Positions 26,060 through 34,330 of a stretch of DNA of 64,000 nucleotides are shown here, piece by piece. Below the pieces are notes generated by a model. It was not told where the DNA came from, ran no database searches, and was given only the letters and a program-made list of their open reading frames with translations. This DNA comes from a virus. Its lineage: Duplodnaviria; Caudoviricetes. Where the stretch lies: the IMG/VR virus record IMGVR_UViG_3300011268_000751, positions 10,955 to 74,954 of that record, one strand, 5' to 3'. The position numbers were made by a program, and so were the translations under genes. Positions within the stretch are counted from its first letter, which is position 1. Each line of letters starts with the position of its first letter.

Positions 26060-28789
26060 TTATATTTTTGTTGCTATAAAGTTGACAGTATAGTTAGTCG
26101 TCGATGTTGACGATGCTGCTGCAACTAGTCTAACATTTCCACCGGAAATGTCAACATCAAACGTTGCAACTTCAGTATTATATATGTTTCCATACTGAGT
26201 ATCATAAGCATTTGTACCATCATGAATTGCTAGGATCTTAACCGCCTGATAGTTTGTTCCTCTTGTTGCCTGAATGGTATATTCAACTGAGCGATAAACT
26301 GAGGTTGACAATCCAGAATGAATTCCTGTTGCAATTGTAGATGCAGTAGATGCCTGAACTGATCCATAAACAGTAGTGTCATTTATTTGAATACTTCCAC
26401 CAACTGTCAGTTTCTCTGTTGGAGTTATGGTTCCTATACCAATATTAAAGTTCTCATCACCGATTAACCAATAATTTGCTGCATTTGCGTCAGTTCTTAC
26501 ACCAATTGCTAATTGTTTATCTTTAGTTGTATCTGGGGAGTCGAAATTATTACCCCAGTATTCTCCAGATCCAATGACAACTTTATAAGATGCTGAAGTT
26601 GATAGACCAGTATAATTTCCTAAGAATGTATTAAAAGAACCAGTTTGATTATAGTGACCTGATCCAGATCCAAAGAATGCATTATAACCACCAGTCGTAT
26701 TATAATATCCAGCCCATGATCCTACTATAGTATTTTCTGTACCAGTAGTATTATAATATCCAGATTGTTCTCCTATAAAAACACTCCAACTTCCCGTTGT
26801 ATTATTTTTACCACTTTCTTTTCCAAAAAAGTTATTTTGGGTTCCAGTTATGTTACTACATCCGTTATATCTTCCAAAGAAATTATTATCAGATCCAATA
26901 GTATTATTATATCCTGCTTGTTTTCCTATAAAGTTATTTGAAGAACCAGAAGAATTGCATTTTCCTGCATATTGTCCTATGAAAATGTTTCCATCCTTAA
27001 CACTGATTGATGAAGTTATTCCAGTTACATATAAATTAATGTCATCAGTAGGAGAAGTTCCACCAACTAAATTTCCCGGAACTGTTATTCTTTCATAAAG
27101 TGAGAAATTTTTAGTTCCTGTAAGTGTAGCACCCCAGTAACTTGGACCTCCGCTACTATTTCTGGCAAAAGTATATATAAATCCTGTTCCACCTAGATTA
27201 CCAGATAAATTGGGTATAGTATAAATTTGATTTGCTGCAGATGGAACTATTGAAAATGAAAGATCTATACTAGTTACAGATCCACCTCCACCAATTCCAT
27301 TAACAGTAATTCTTAGATCATTTGCTGGAGTAGATCCTCCTATTAGATTTCCTGGTATTAAAATTCTTTCACCAACAACAAATCCAGATCCACCATTACC
27401 AATACTAGAACCACTAAGTTCTCCTATACTATTTCTATATAATGTTACAGTAAATCCAATTCCACTTAAAGTTCCGCTTCTATTATTAAGGGTATAATTT
27501 TGATTTGCTTGAGAATTAATTAAATTTGCAACAGAATAGTTCGTAACAATACCAGTTATTATTGATGTAACTGATGAAATTGAAAGTTTTATATCAGAGT
27601 CAGTAAAGACAATTCCAGTAGTTCCTCCTATACTAAGAACAGAAACTGGATTTGTGGTTCCTAGACCAACTCTTCCTAATGTATGAATACCTGCTGAAGT
27701 TCTTACAAACTCTGATCCTGCTGGTGCAGTTACAGTCATAATACCAGCACCAAAAGCAACCGTTAAGTTGTCTCCAAAATCAATAGTTGATGCTGTCCCT
27801 ACTATAACAGTATTGTCTCTTATCTGAACTCCTGCTCCAGTAGAGACAATATTTGTAAGACCAGAACCGTCTCCAACAAATTTAGTTGCTGTTATAATAC
27901 CAGTAGTATTAACGCTTGCGGTTGCAGTGAGTGTTGTAGAAACACCAGCAGTGGAAGCGTATGTTGAAACACCACTAGAGGTAGCATAAGTTGCTATGCC
28001 TGCTGTTGTAGAATACGTTGAAACTCCACTAGAGGTAGCATAAGTTGCTATACCTGCAGTAGAAGCATATGTAGAGATGCCAGCAGTGGAAGCATAAGTT
28101 GCTATACCTGCAGTAGAAGCATATGTTGAAACTCCACTAGAGGTAGCATAAGTCGCTATGCCTGCTGTTGTAGAATACGTTGAAACTCCACTAGAGGTAG
28201 CATAAGTCGCTATGCCTGCTGTCGATGCATATGTTGAAACTCCAGCAGTTGATGAATAGGTTGATAGACCAGATCTCGTAGCATAAGTTGCTATACCAGC
28301 AGTGGAAGCATATCCTGATGAACCTGTTATATTTGATCCAGCAACATAAATTGCAGTTGCACTTACAATGCCAGTATTACCATAAACGGTAACACCAGAT
28401 CCAATTACAATATTATTATTAGTTCCATCAAAAGTAATACTACTATTACCAACTGTCAGAATTCCAGTAATTCTAGCATTACCATCAACAAATAATGCGG
28501 TAGTTCCACTTCCAATAACATGTAAGTCATATCGAGGAATAGTTGTCCCTATACCAACCTTTGTTCCAGTATAAATTCCTGTTGATCCAGAAACCCAAAT
28601 CCCAGCAGTAGTCGAAATTCCACTTACATTAGATAAATCTGCTCTTGCTAATTCAAATCCACCAGTAGTAATGCCATTATGAACTCGTAAAGAGTTTGTA
28701 TCAGTATTGACTGAAATTTCTCCAGCAGCACCTTTAAAATTATTATTCTGACTCTGGCTTCCTCTTCTAAATTGAACTTGAGTAGGCAT
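26060..28789 (-). CDS. Tail fibre with Mtd-like N-terminus, 9-aa repeats and NxFxG repeats
   Basis: QVQFRRG...GEISVNTD...RVHNG.T.GG N-terminus; C-term YRSVEYTIQAT.G..YQ..KIL..HDGT; late promoter CATAAATA at 28806-28813. Confidence 0.8.
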   Translation of the reverse strand: MPTQVQFRRGSQSQNNNFKGAAGEISVNTDTNSLRVHNGITTGGFELARADLSNVSGISTTAGIWVSGSTGIYTGTKVGIGTTIPRYDLHVIGSGTTALFVDGNARITGILTVGNSSITFDGTNNNIVIGSGVTVYGNTGIVSATAIYVAGSNITGSSGYASTAGIATYATRSGLSTYSSTAGVSTYASTAGIATYATSSGVSTYSTTAGIATYATSSGVSTYASTAGIATYASTAGISTYASTAGIATYATSSGVSTYSTTAGIATYATSSGVSTYASTAGVSTTLTATASVNTTGIITATKFVGDGSGLTNIVSTGAGVQIRDNTVIVGTASTIDFGDNLTVAFGAGIMTVTAPAGSEFVRTSAGIHTLGRVGLGTTNPVSVLSIGGTTGIVFTDSDIKLSISSVTSIITGIVTNYSVANLINSQANQNYTLNNRSGTLSGIGFTVTLYRNSIGELSGSSIGNGGSGFVVGERILIPGNLIGGSTPANDLRITVNGIGGGGSVTSIDLSFSIVPSAANQIYTIPNLSGNLGGTGFIYTFARNSSGGPSYWGATLTGTKNFSLYERITVPGNLVGGTSPTDDINLYVTGITSSISVKDGNIFIGQYAGKCNSSGSSNNFIGKQAGYNNTIGSDNNFFGRYNGCSNITGTQNNFFGKESGKNNTTGSWSVFIGEQSGYYNTTGTENTIVGSWAGYYNTTGGYNAFFGSGSGHYNQTGSFNTFLGNYTGLSTSASYKVVIGSGEYWGNNFDSPDTTKDKQLAIGVRTDANAANYWLIGDENFNIGIGTITPTEKLTVGGSIQINDTTVYGSVQASTASTIATGIHSGLSTSVYRSVEYTIQATRGTNYQAVKILAIHDGTNAYDTQYGNIYNTEVATFDVDISGGNVRLVAAASSTSTTNYTVNFIATKI
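27940..28315. repeat. 27-bp tandem coding repeat (S/T-T/S-A/S-G-I/V-A/S-T-Y-A/S) with a 162-bp higher-order duplication
   Basis: Units ABCD recur after EF in the translated repeat; DNA nearly identical (e.g. gttgaaactccactagaggtagcataag four times). Confidence 0.85.
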
Positions 28790-28813
28790 TATAATACTTT
28801 TTAGTTATTTATG

Positions 28814-29023
28814 TTATCTTGGATAAAGTAGTCCAACCTTTGGTCTTAAGTCCACTGGAATTAAAATACTATTTAATGTTTTACCCTCTGCCAGTATTAC
28901 TGAAGGTGGAATCGCAATATCAATTATTGTGGTGGGAGTTACTGTTCCAACTCCAACTATAAAACTCGTAATTGCTAATCCAACACTTGCCTGACCTAAT
29001 GGACTTTGATTAAATGATGCCAT
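28814..29023 (-). CDS. Small virion-associated protein ending RPKVGLLYPR (start likely ATG at 29023)
   Basis: ATG lies 2 nt after the upstream stop, the same coupling pattern seen elsewhere in this operon. Confidence 0.6.
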   Translation of the reverse strand: MASFNQSPLGQASVGLAITSFIVGVGTVTPTTIIDIAIPPSVILAEGKTLNSILIPVDLRPKVGLLYPR

Positions 29024-29024
29024 A

Positions 29025-30062
29025 TCAAACAACTCTTGCCAAGAACATGGGAGATGCTCCTGTAGTTATTGTCGCATTATTCGCAACGTTAATCATTTCC
29101 CATTCTTCAACTCCACTAGAAACAACTAATCTATCTTGAAGTGCCATAGTATTGTTTGCATAATGCATAGATATTCCAAAATCATCAGGAAGTCCTTTAA
29201 GTAAATACTGGCTATATTGAGCTCCTGTAAAAATCGGAGTAACATTTGCTGCATACGCTGGATTATTATTACTAAATGCAACAGGAAGACCTATAGGAGG
29301 AAGTTCATATGCTGGATCATAATTGCCAGCACCATTAAAATTACTAGTGCTGCTACTTAAATTACCAACACCAGAATATGCTGAAACTATATAATTGGTA
29401 TAATTGAAACTATTATTATTATAAAGTCCAGCACTGGTCGCTCCATATAACCCAGATCCTACTGGGTGATATGATCTTCTTAAAGCTAAAAATTGACGAA
29501 ATCTAGCATATCCTTGAACACTACTTGTTCCGACAGTTGATTGTAGTAAGTGATGAAAAAATACTTTATTCAGATCAATCCATGATACAATTTTTCCTGC
29601 AACAGATGGATGAGCAATATGGAAATTAGAAGATGTTGACCCATTTCGGATAAAAAACCAATTAAAATTAGTGTCAATATTACTCCGATATCTAGTTATA
29701 GTGAGAGTTGTTGTATTAGACCAAGAAAGAAAATTATAATGATTTGTGCTGACGTTAGTTGTAGTAGAAAAATAATCTAAATACTGAGTTCCTGTTGGGA
29801 CATGAGTTGTTGAATTCCATCCACTGGCAAGAGCCAAATACGTTGCACCACCATTAAATATAAACCAATAATAGGTTTTACCATAGGTTTTTGATGCATC
29901 ATACTGAACTTCAAGAATTCTATTTTCCATGGTTCCTGATAGAAAACTATCATACCAATCAGTCATCAATCCAGCATCAATAAAAACACTTTTAATAAGA
30001 TCAGCATGTTGTGCTGCGGTCCATGTTGGACTTAATGTATAAGTTTGAGTAGTTACTGCCAT
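29025..30062 (-). CDS. Virion structural / putative adhesin protein (paralog of 15056..16543)
   Basis: YGKTYYWFIF and LPDDFG...LQDRLVVSSGVEEWE motifs; Tyr/Asn/Ser-rich. Confidence 0.6.
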   Translation of the reverse strand: MAVTTQTYTLSPTWTAAQHADLIKSVFIDAGLMTDWYDSFLSGTMENRILEVQYDASKTYGKTYYWFIFNGGATYLALASGWNSTTHVPTGTQYLDYFSTTTNVSTNHYNFLSWSNTTTLTITRYRSNIDTNFNWFFIRNGSTSSNFHIAHPSVAGKIVSWIDLNKVFFHHLLQSTVGTSSVQGYARFRQFLALRRSYHPVGSGLYGATSAGLYNNNSFNYTNYIVSAYSGVGNLSSSTSNFNGAGNYDPAYELPPIGLPVAFSNNNPAYAANVTPIFTGAQYSQYLLKGLPDDFGISMHYANNTMALQDRLVVSSGVEEWEMINVANNATITTGASPMFLARVV

Positions 30063-30063
30063 A

Positions 30064-32070
30064 TTATGCTTCCATTTTTACTATAGTTATATTGAAAGAA
30101 ATATTTGTTGAAATTCCTGATAAGTTATTCATAGTTATGTATATTTTATTTGTAATTGGGTCATCATTATTAAATCCAATTACGAAAGGTGTAATATTTA
30201 CTGTTGATAATCCAGCGGTTGCAATTTCTGCAACTAATCCACTACCAGCAGAAGGATCATTATTAATTGACCTATTTAAATCACTTGTCCTAGAAGCATC
30301 ATCAATATATAGACGTATCCAAGCAGCGGTTGATAACCCTACTTTCATTATTCCATAAGTTTTAAATCCTGATATTTCTGTTACTCCAATTCCATTCGAT
30401 GGTATAAGAGTTGTAATTCCAGAAACAGTTGTTCTAGATGGTAATGAGGATGTAGCATTAACTGTTGCTATTCCAGCAGAAAATGAAACTGAAATATTTG
30501 ATCCAAAATCAATAGTTCCCGCAGTTCCAACTAAAATATTATCATCTAAAACTTTAATTCCACCGCTTCCTGTAGGTAAATTGGTTAATAAAGATCCATC
30601 ACCAACAAACTTAGATGCAGTTATAATTCCTGTCGTATTAATATTTGAAGTAGTTCCAACTCCAACAGTTTGTGGAGTCCATTGACTATTTGAAGAGTTC
30701 CAAGCTAGTGCTTGACCGTTTGTTGGTGTTACTGTAGAGGTATCAACATCATCTAAATTGTTAATTACATACCCAAGAGTTGTAGGAGTAGTTGTAAGAA
30801 AAGATGCTGTCGGTGGTGTAAAGTTAGAAGTATATCTTGCAAAATTACTTACTCGTATTTCGTCCAAATATCCTAAAGTTGTTCCAGCATTACTATAATG
30901 AGGACCTATTGTTAATGATCCTGTTGCAATATTTGTAGAAAGAGTTCCACTTTCAAATAAGGATCCATTTATAAAAATTCTAAGCGTGGTTCCTGATCTA
31001 GTGCAAGCAAGATGGTTCCACTGATTAAGAGTAGTTGTATTTCCACCACTCGTTCCTCCAGTTATATAAGATACTCCTCCACCATAAGTATAGAAAAATA
31101 CTTTACGCGAAAGAGCATCATCAGTATATGTAAAATTCCAACTATATCCTGCGCCATTATCTAAATTAAAGAATAATTTATATCCAGTAGTAAATTGAGT
31201 AGGATACCACCAACATTCAAATGTAAAATCTCCCGATCCAAAAGTCTCTATTCCAGAAACTGATAATGAGTCACTTAAAGTTGTTCCAGTATAATATGAT
31301 GATGATCCAAATTTAGATTGAGCTGTCGAAATTGTCCCTGTTCCATTTCTTGTTATTGTTCGTTTTAATAAACTGCTATCAGTAAAAGTTGTGGAACCAT
31401 TAGTTCCTTCCATACCAAGTAACAATTTTACATTATTAACGTAAAATGGATCTACAAATGTATTATAGTTATACCCACCAATAACTGGTCCAGCAATCCA
31501 CTGACCATTCTGATAAATTAAAGCTCTACCATCAGTTACTGTATTTAAACCTGAAACATTAACACCAGATAGTGTTGTAAATGCTAAACCAGCTAATGAT
31601 CCAACTGTAAGAATTCCGGAAATTCTAGCATTACCTGCTATCCAAGTATCACCATTTACCCATAAAGAAGTTCCAGATGCTCCTACTGAACCTACCTCCA
31701 ATTTATATCTTGCATTTGTGGTCCCTATACCAAGATCACCTTGAGTGTCAATTACAACTATTGAAGATCCAGTTCCTACTTGGAAAGGTTGTGTTGGTTT
31801 GGCAGTTCCTATACCAAGATTACCTTGAGTGTCAATTACAAATATTGAAGATCCAGTTCCTACTTGAAAAGGTTGTATTGGATTGGTAGTTCTTATCCCA
31901 ATAGAAGATGAAAAAGTTACAGTACTACCTATACTATTCGTATTCCCATTAAAGGTAATTCCACCAACGTTGCCAATAGTAAGAATGCCTGTAATTCTTG
32001 CATCCCCATTAACGAGGAGAGCATTTGTTTGACTTAAAGGTTGAATAGTATTTACCTTTAACGTACTCAT
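30064..32070 (-). CDS. Tail fibre with a LamG/concanavalin-A-like domain
   Basis: LLLGMEGTNGSTTFTDSS...DFTFECW...WNHLACTRSG..LRIFING...LDEIRVS..ARYTSNF; C-terminal module shared with 16549..17235. Confidence 0.8.
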   Translation of the reverse strand: MSTLKVNTIQPLSQTNALLVNGDARITGILTIGNVGGITFNGNTNSIGSTVTFSSSIGIRTTNPIQPFQVGTGSSIFVIDTQGNLGIGTAKPTQPFQVGTGSSIVVIDTQGDLGIGTTNARYKLEVGSVGASGTSLWVNGDTWIAGNARISGILTVGSLAGLAFTTLSGVNVSGLNTVTDGRALIYQNGQWIAGPVIGGYNYNTFVDPFYVNNVKLLLGMEGTNGSTTFTDSSLLKRTITRNGTGTISTAQSKFGSSSYYTGTTLSDSLSVSGIETFGSGDFTFECWWYPTQFTTGYKLFFNLDNGAGYSWNFTYTDDALSRKVFFYTYGGGVSYITGGTSGGNTTTLNQWNHLACTRSGTTLRIFINGSLFESGTLSTNIATGSLTIGPHYSNAGTTLGYLDEIRVSNFARYTSNFTPPTASFLTTTPTTLGYVINNLDDVDTSTVTPTNGQALAWNSSNSQWTPQTVGVGTTSNINTTGIITASKFVGDGSLLTNLPTGSGGIKVLDDNILVGTAGTIDFGSNISVSFSAGIATVNATSSLPSRTTVSGITTLIPSNGIGVTEISGFKTYGIMKVGLSTAAWIRLYIDDASRTSDLNRSINNDPSAGSGLVAEIATAGLSTVNITPFVIGFNNDDPITNKIYITMNNLSGISTNISFNITIVKMEA
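31724..31891. repeat. 84-bp tandem duplication (QPFQVGTGSSI.VIDTQG.LGIGT twice)
   Basis: cctataccaagat.accttgagtgtcaattacaa.tattgaagatccagttcctacttg repeats at 31724 and 31808. Confidence 0.85.
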
Positions 32071-32075
32071 ATCTT

Positions 32076-32378
32076 TTACTCTGGTTTAGGATATTTATTT
32101 TTCACTTCACCAATCATCTCTTTCCAACCATCATAACCTTGATGATATAAAGTATCTAACTGATCTACAATTGATGGGTATTCTTTAGCACGATCTCTTT
32201 GATATTGATTTCTTTCGTATTCTAATTGAAGTCTTTCTATTTCTCGATTAATTTCTTCCTCTGTTGGAGGTGGTAATTCATTTTCATCAAACCAAACAAG
32301 TCCATCATAACTATCACCAGTTAAAGACCATTCTGCTCCAGGTCTTAATGAAAGAATTGCGGAGGATATACTTATCAT
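32076..32378 (-). CDS. XkdW-like / fibre-assembly chaperone-like protein
   Basis: AI.SLRPGAEWSL.G..YDGL.W....P...YQR.RA.EYP...QLD...KYPKP. Confidence 0.65.
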   Translation of the reverse strand: MISISSAILSLRPGAEWSLTGDSYDGLVWFDENELPPPTEEEINREIERLQLEYERNQYQRDRAKEYPSIVDQLDTLYHQGYDGWKEMIGEVKNKYPKPE

Positions 32379-32917
32379 GATGTTATCTCCATTAATATAA
32401 TATTACTACAACTAAGCATATCTTGACTAACTCTATCATTTATATATAGAGGACTACTTCCCCCAGCCCATCCAGAATTTGCATATATTTGGTAGGTTAG
32501 TGTGGAAGTAGTTCCCGGTGAGTCCAAATATTCTATAGGCATACTAAAAATTTGATTTGATCTGGTGGCATCACCACTATCTTGAGAAGATTGATAATGA
32601 GTCCAATAACAATTAGATCCTCCAGATTGATTGTTTCCTCCATGATTTGGCATCAAATCAGATCCATTCCTGTAGATATGAATTCCACAAACATAAGTAT
32701 AACTACAAACAAGCATCGCGCTAATTAATATTTTATTAGAGCTTGATGATGGTGTTATGGATGCAGAAAGACCAGTAATTGCTTGTGGTGTTGTTGAAGT
32801 AATTGATTGTCTAACAAATCCGGTATTTGCAGAAACGACTTGAATAACGCTTCCAGTGCTATTCAGTAGTGGCTTTCCAGAAGTTGTTTGAATAGCATTA
32901 GCTCTTAATGTACTCAT
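32375..32917 (-). CDS. Small fibre-tip-like protein
   Basis: MSTLRANAIQTTSGKP..GSVIQVV..ITPSSSSNKIL..YLDSPGTTS..TY..S.I.LMEI; paralog of 33240..33740. Confidence 0.7.
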   Translation of the reverse strand: MSTLRANAIQTTSGKPLLNSTGSVIQVVSANTGFVRQSITSTTPQAITGLSASITPSSSSNKILISAMLVCSYTYVCGIHIYRNGSDLMPNHGGNNQSGGSNCYWTHYQSSQDSGDATRSNQIFSMPIEYLDSPGTTSTLTYQIYANSGWAGGSSPLYINDRVSQDMLSCSNIILMEITS

Positions 32918-33240
32918 GATCCCTCAGGTTTTGGATATTTATCTTTTACAGCAAGACAAGCATTTATGTATGCCTGAATTTGATCTTGATCTCCTTTTAC
33001 GATACCATCAAGATAGTCTCTAAAATCTGGATATTCTGGAGCACGAAGTCTTTGATACTCAGTGTCTTCCCATTCCTTTTGAAGTCTTACTACTTCTGCT
33101 TCAACTTCTTCTCTGGATGGTTTCTTTTGACCTCCTTCATAGACTGGTGGTTCTAACCAAACAAGACCATCATATATTCCACCATTAAGAGACCAACTTG
33201 CCCCAGGTCTTAATGAATTTAATGCATCTGCAATATCCAT
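32914..33240 (-). CDS. XkdW-like / fibre-assembly chaperone-like protein (paralog of 32076..32378)
   Basis: ALNSLRPGASWSLNGG.YDGLVW...YQRLRA.EYP...KYPKP. Confidence 0.65.
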   Translation of the reverse strand: MDIADALNSLRPGASWSLNGGIYDGLVWLEPPVYEGGQKKPSREEVEAEVVRLQKEWEDTEYQRLRAPEYPDFRDYLDGIVKGDQDQIQAYINACLAVKDKYPKPEGS

Positions 33241-33740
33241 TATCCAGAAATCTCCATAAGTGTAAGGGACGAAGTGCTATTATATAATACATTTGTGGGA
33301 TGTCTATTAAAATATCCTGTTCCTCCATCAACAACCATTTGCAATTTATAAGTAGTTGCTGAAGTAGTTGCTGGAGAGTCTAAAAAATTAAAAGAAGCTG
33401 TTGGTGCATATGTAGTATTCCAAGATGTAAAAGATCCAGCACCATTACCTGGAGCACTTGCAGGCTGAGCAATCCAAGTTCCACCTCTAAATACCCTAAA
33501 GCTGCATGTAGCAGTTGTACTATTAGAAACACCACCTATAGTAATTAGCACAAGAATTTTACTAGAACTTGATGATGGAGTTATAGTAGCGTTAAAACCA
33601 GTTACATCAACATAAGACGTTGATGATGTTGTAAATTCATCATTTTTAAAAGCACTAACAATTTGTAAAATACTTCCTGTGCTGTTTAATATTGGTTTTC
33701 CTGCAAGTGTAGTAATTGCATTAGTCTTTAATATACTCAT
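33240..33740 (-). CDS. Small fibre-tip-like protein (paralog of 32375..32917)
   Basis: MSILKTNAITTLAGKPILNSTGSILQIV..ITPSSSSSKILV..FLDSPATTSATTY..SSLTLMEISG. Confidence 0.7.
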   Translation of the reverse strand: MSILKTNAITTLAGKPILNSTGSILQIVSAFKNDEFTTSSTSYVDVTGFNATITPSSSSSKILVLITIGGVSNSTTATCSFRVFRGGTWIAQPASAPGNGAGSFTSWNTTYAPTASFNFLDSPATTSATTYKLQMVVDGGTGYFNRHPTNVLYNSTSSLTLMEISG

Positions 33741-33744
33741 AGTT

Positions 33745-34302
33745 TTATATTATCGCCCAAGTTGCACCACTATTTACTGTAACCGTTACGCCATTATTTA
33801 TGGTAATTGGTCCAATACTCATCTCATTATAATCTGTAGTTATTGTATAATCTGTGGAAATCGTTGGAGTATTACGGAAAAATGGTGCCTGAGATAAAGT
33901 AATAGGACTTGTGGAAATCAATCCCCCCGTGCTTGTAATTCCAGAAACGGTAACATTTCCAGAAACTTGAAGTTTTGATACTGGATTTGTTGTCCCTATA
34001 CCAACATTAGATGATGTGTGAATACCTGCAGAAGTTGTAACCCACTGAGATCCTATTGGTAAATTAACTAATCCAGAACCATCTCCAACAAATGCTGCAG
34101 CAGTTATAGTACCACTAGATCCACTAATAAGAATGGAAGAATTAATTCCAACTGTTAATATTCCAGTTACTCTTGCATTTCCTGAGACTTCAAAAAAAGA
34201 TACGGGAATAGTAGATCCTATACCAACATTTCTAGAGGTTGGATTTACTGTTACTCTATCAACAGAAACTAAATTTGCCGATTGGCGACTTTTCCCTGGC
34301 AT
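33745..34302 (-). CDS. Short tail fibre protein
   Basis: FVGDGSGL, SQWVTTSAGIHT, C-term MSIGPITINNGVTVTV.SGATW; late promoter AATAAATA at 34316-34323. Confidence 0.75.
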   Translation of the reverse strand: MPGKSRQSANLVSVDRVTVNPTSRNVGIGSTIPVSFFEVSGNARVTGILTVGINSSILISGSSGTITAAAFVGDGSGLVNLPIGSQWVTTSAGIHTSSNVGIGTTNPVSKLQVSGNVTVSGITSTGGLISTSPITLSQAPFFRNTPTISTDYTITTDYNEMSIGPITINNGVTVTVNSGATWAII

Positions 34303-34330
34303 ATCTTTTTTTAGTTATTTATTTTTAGGT

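Noticed and set aside
29024-29032. Track start (MFD...) of ORF 28814..29032
   Set aside because: It overlaps the upstream gene; the ATG at 29023, 2 nt after the stop, fits the operon's coupling pattern better.
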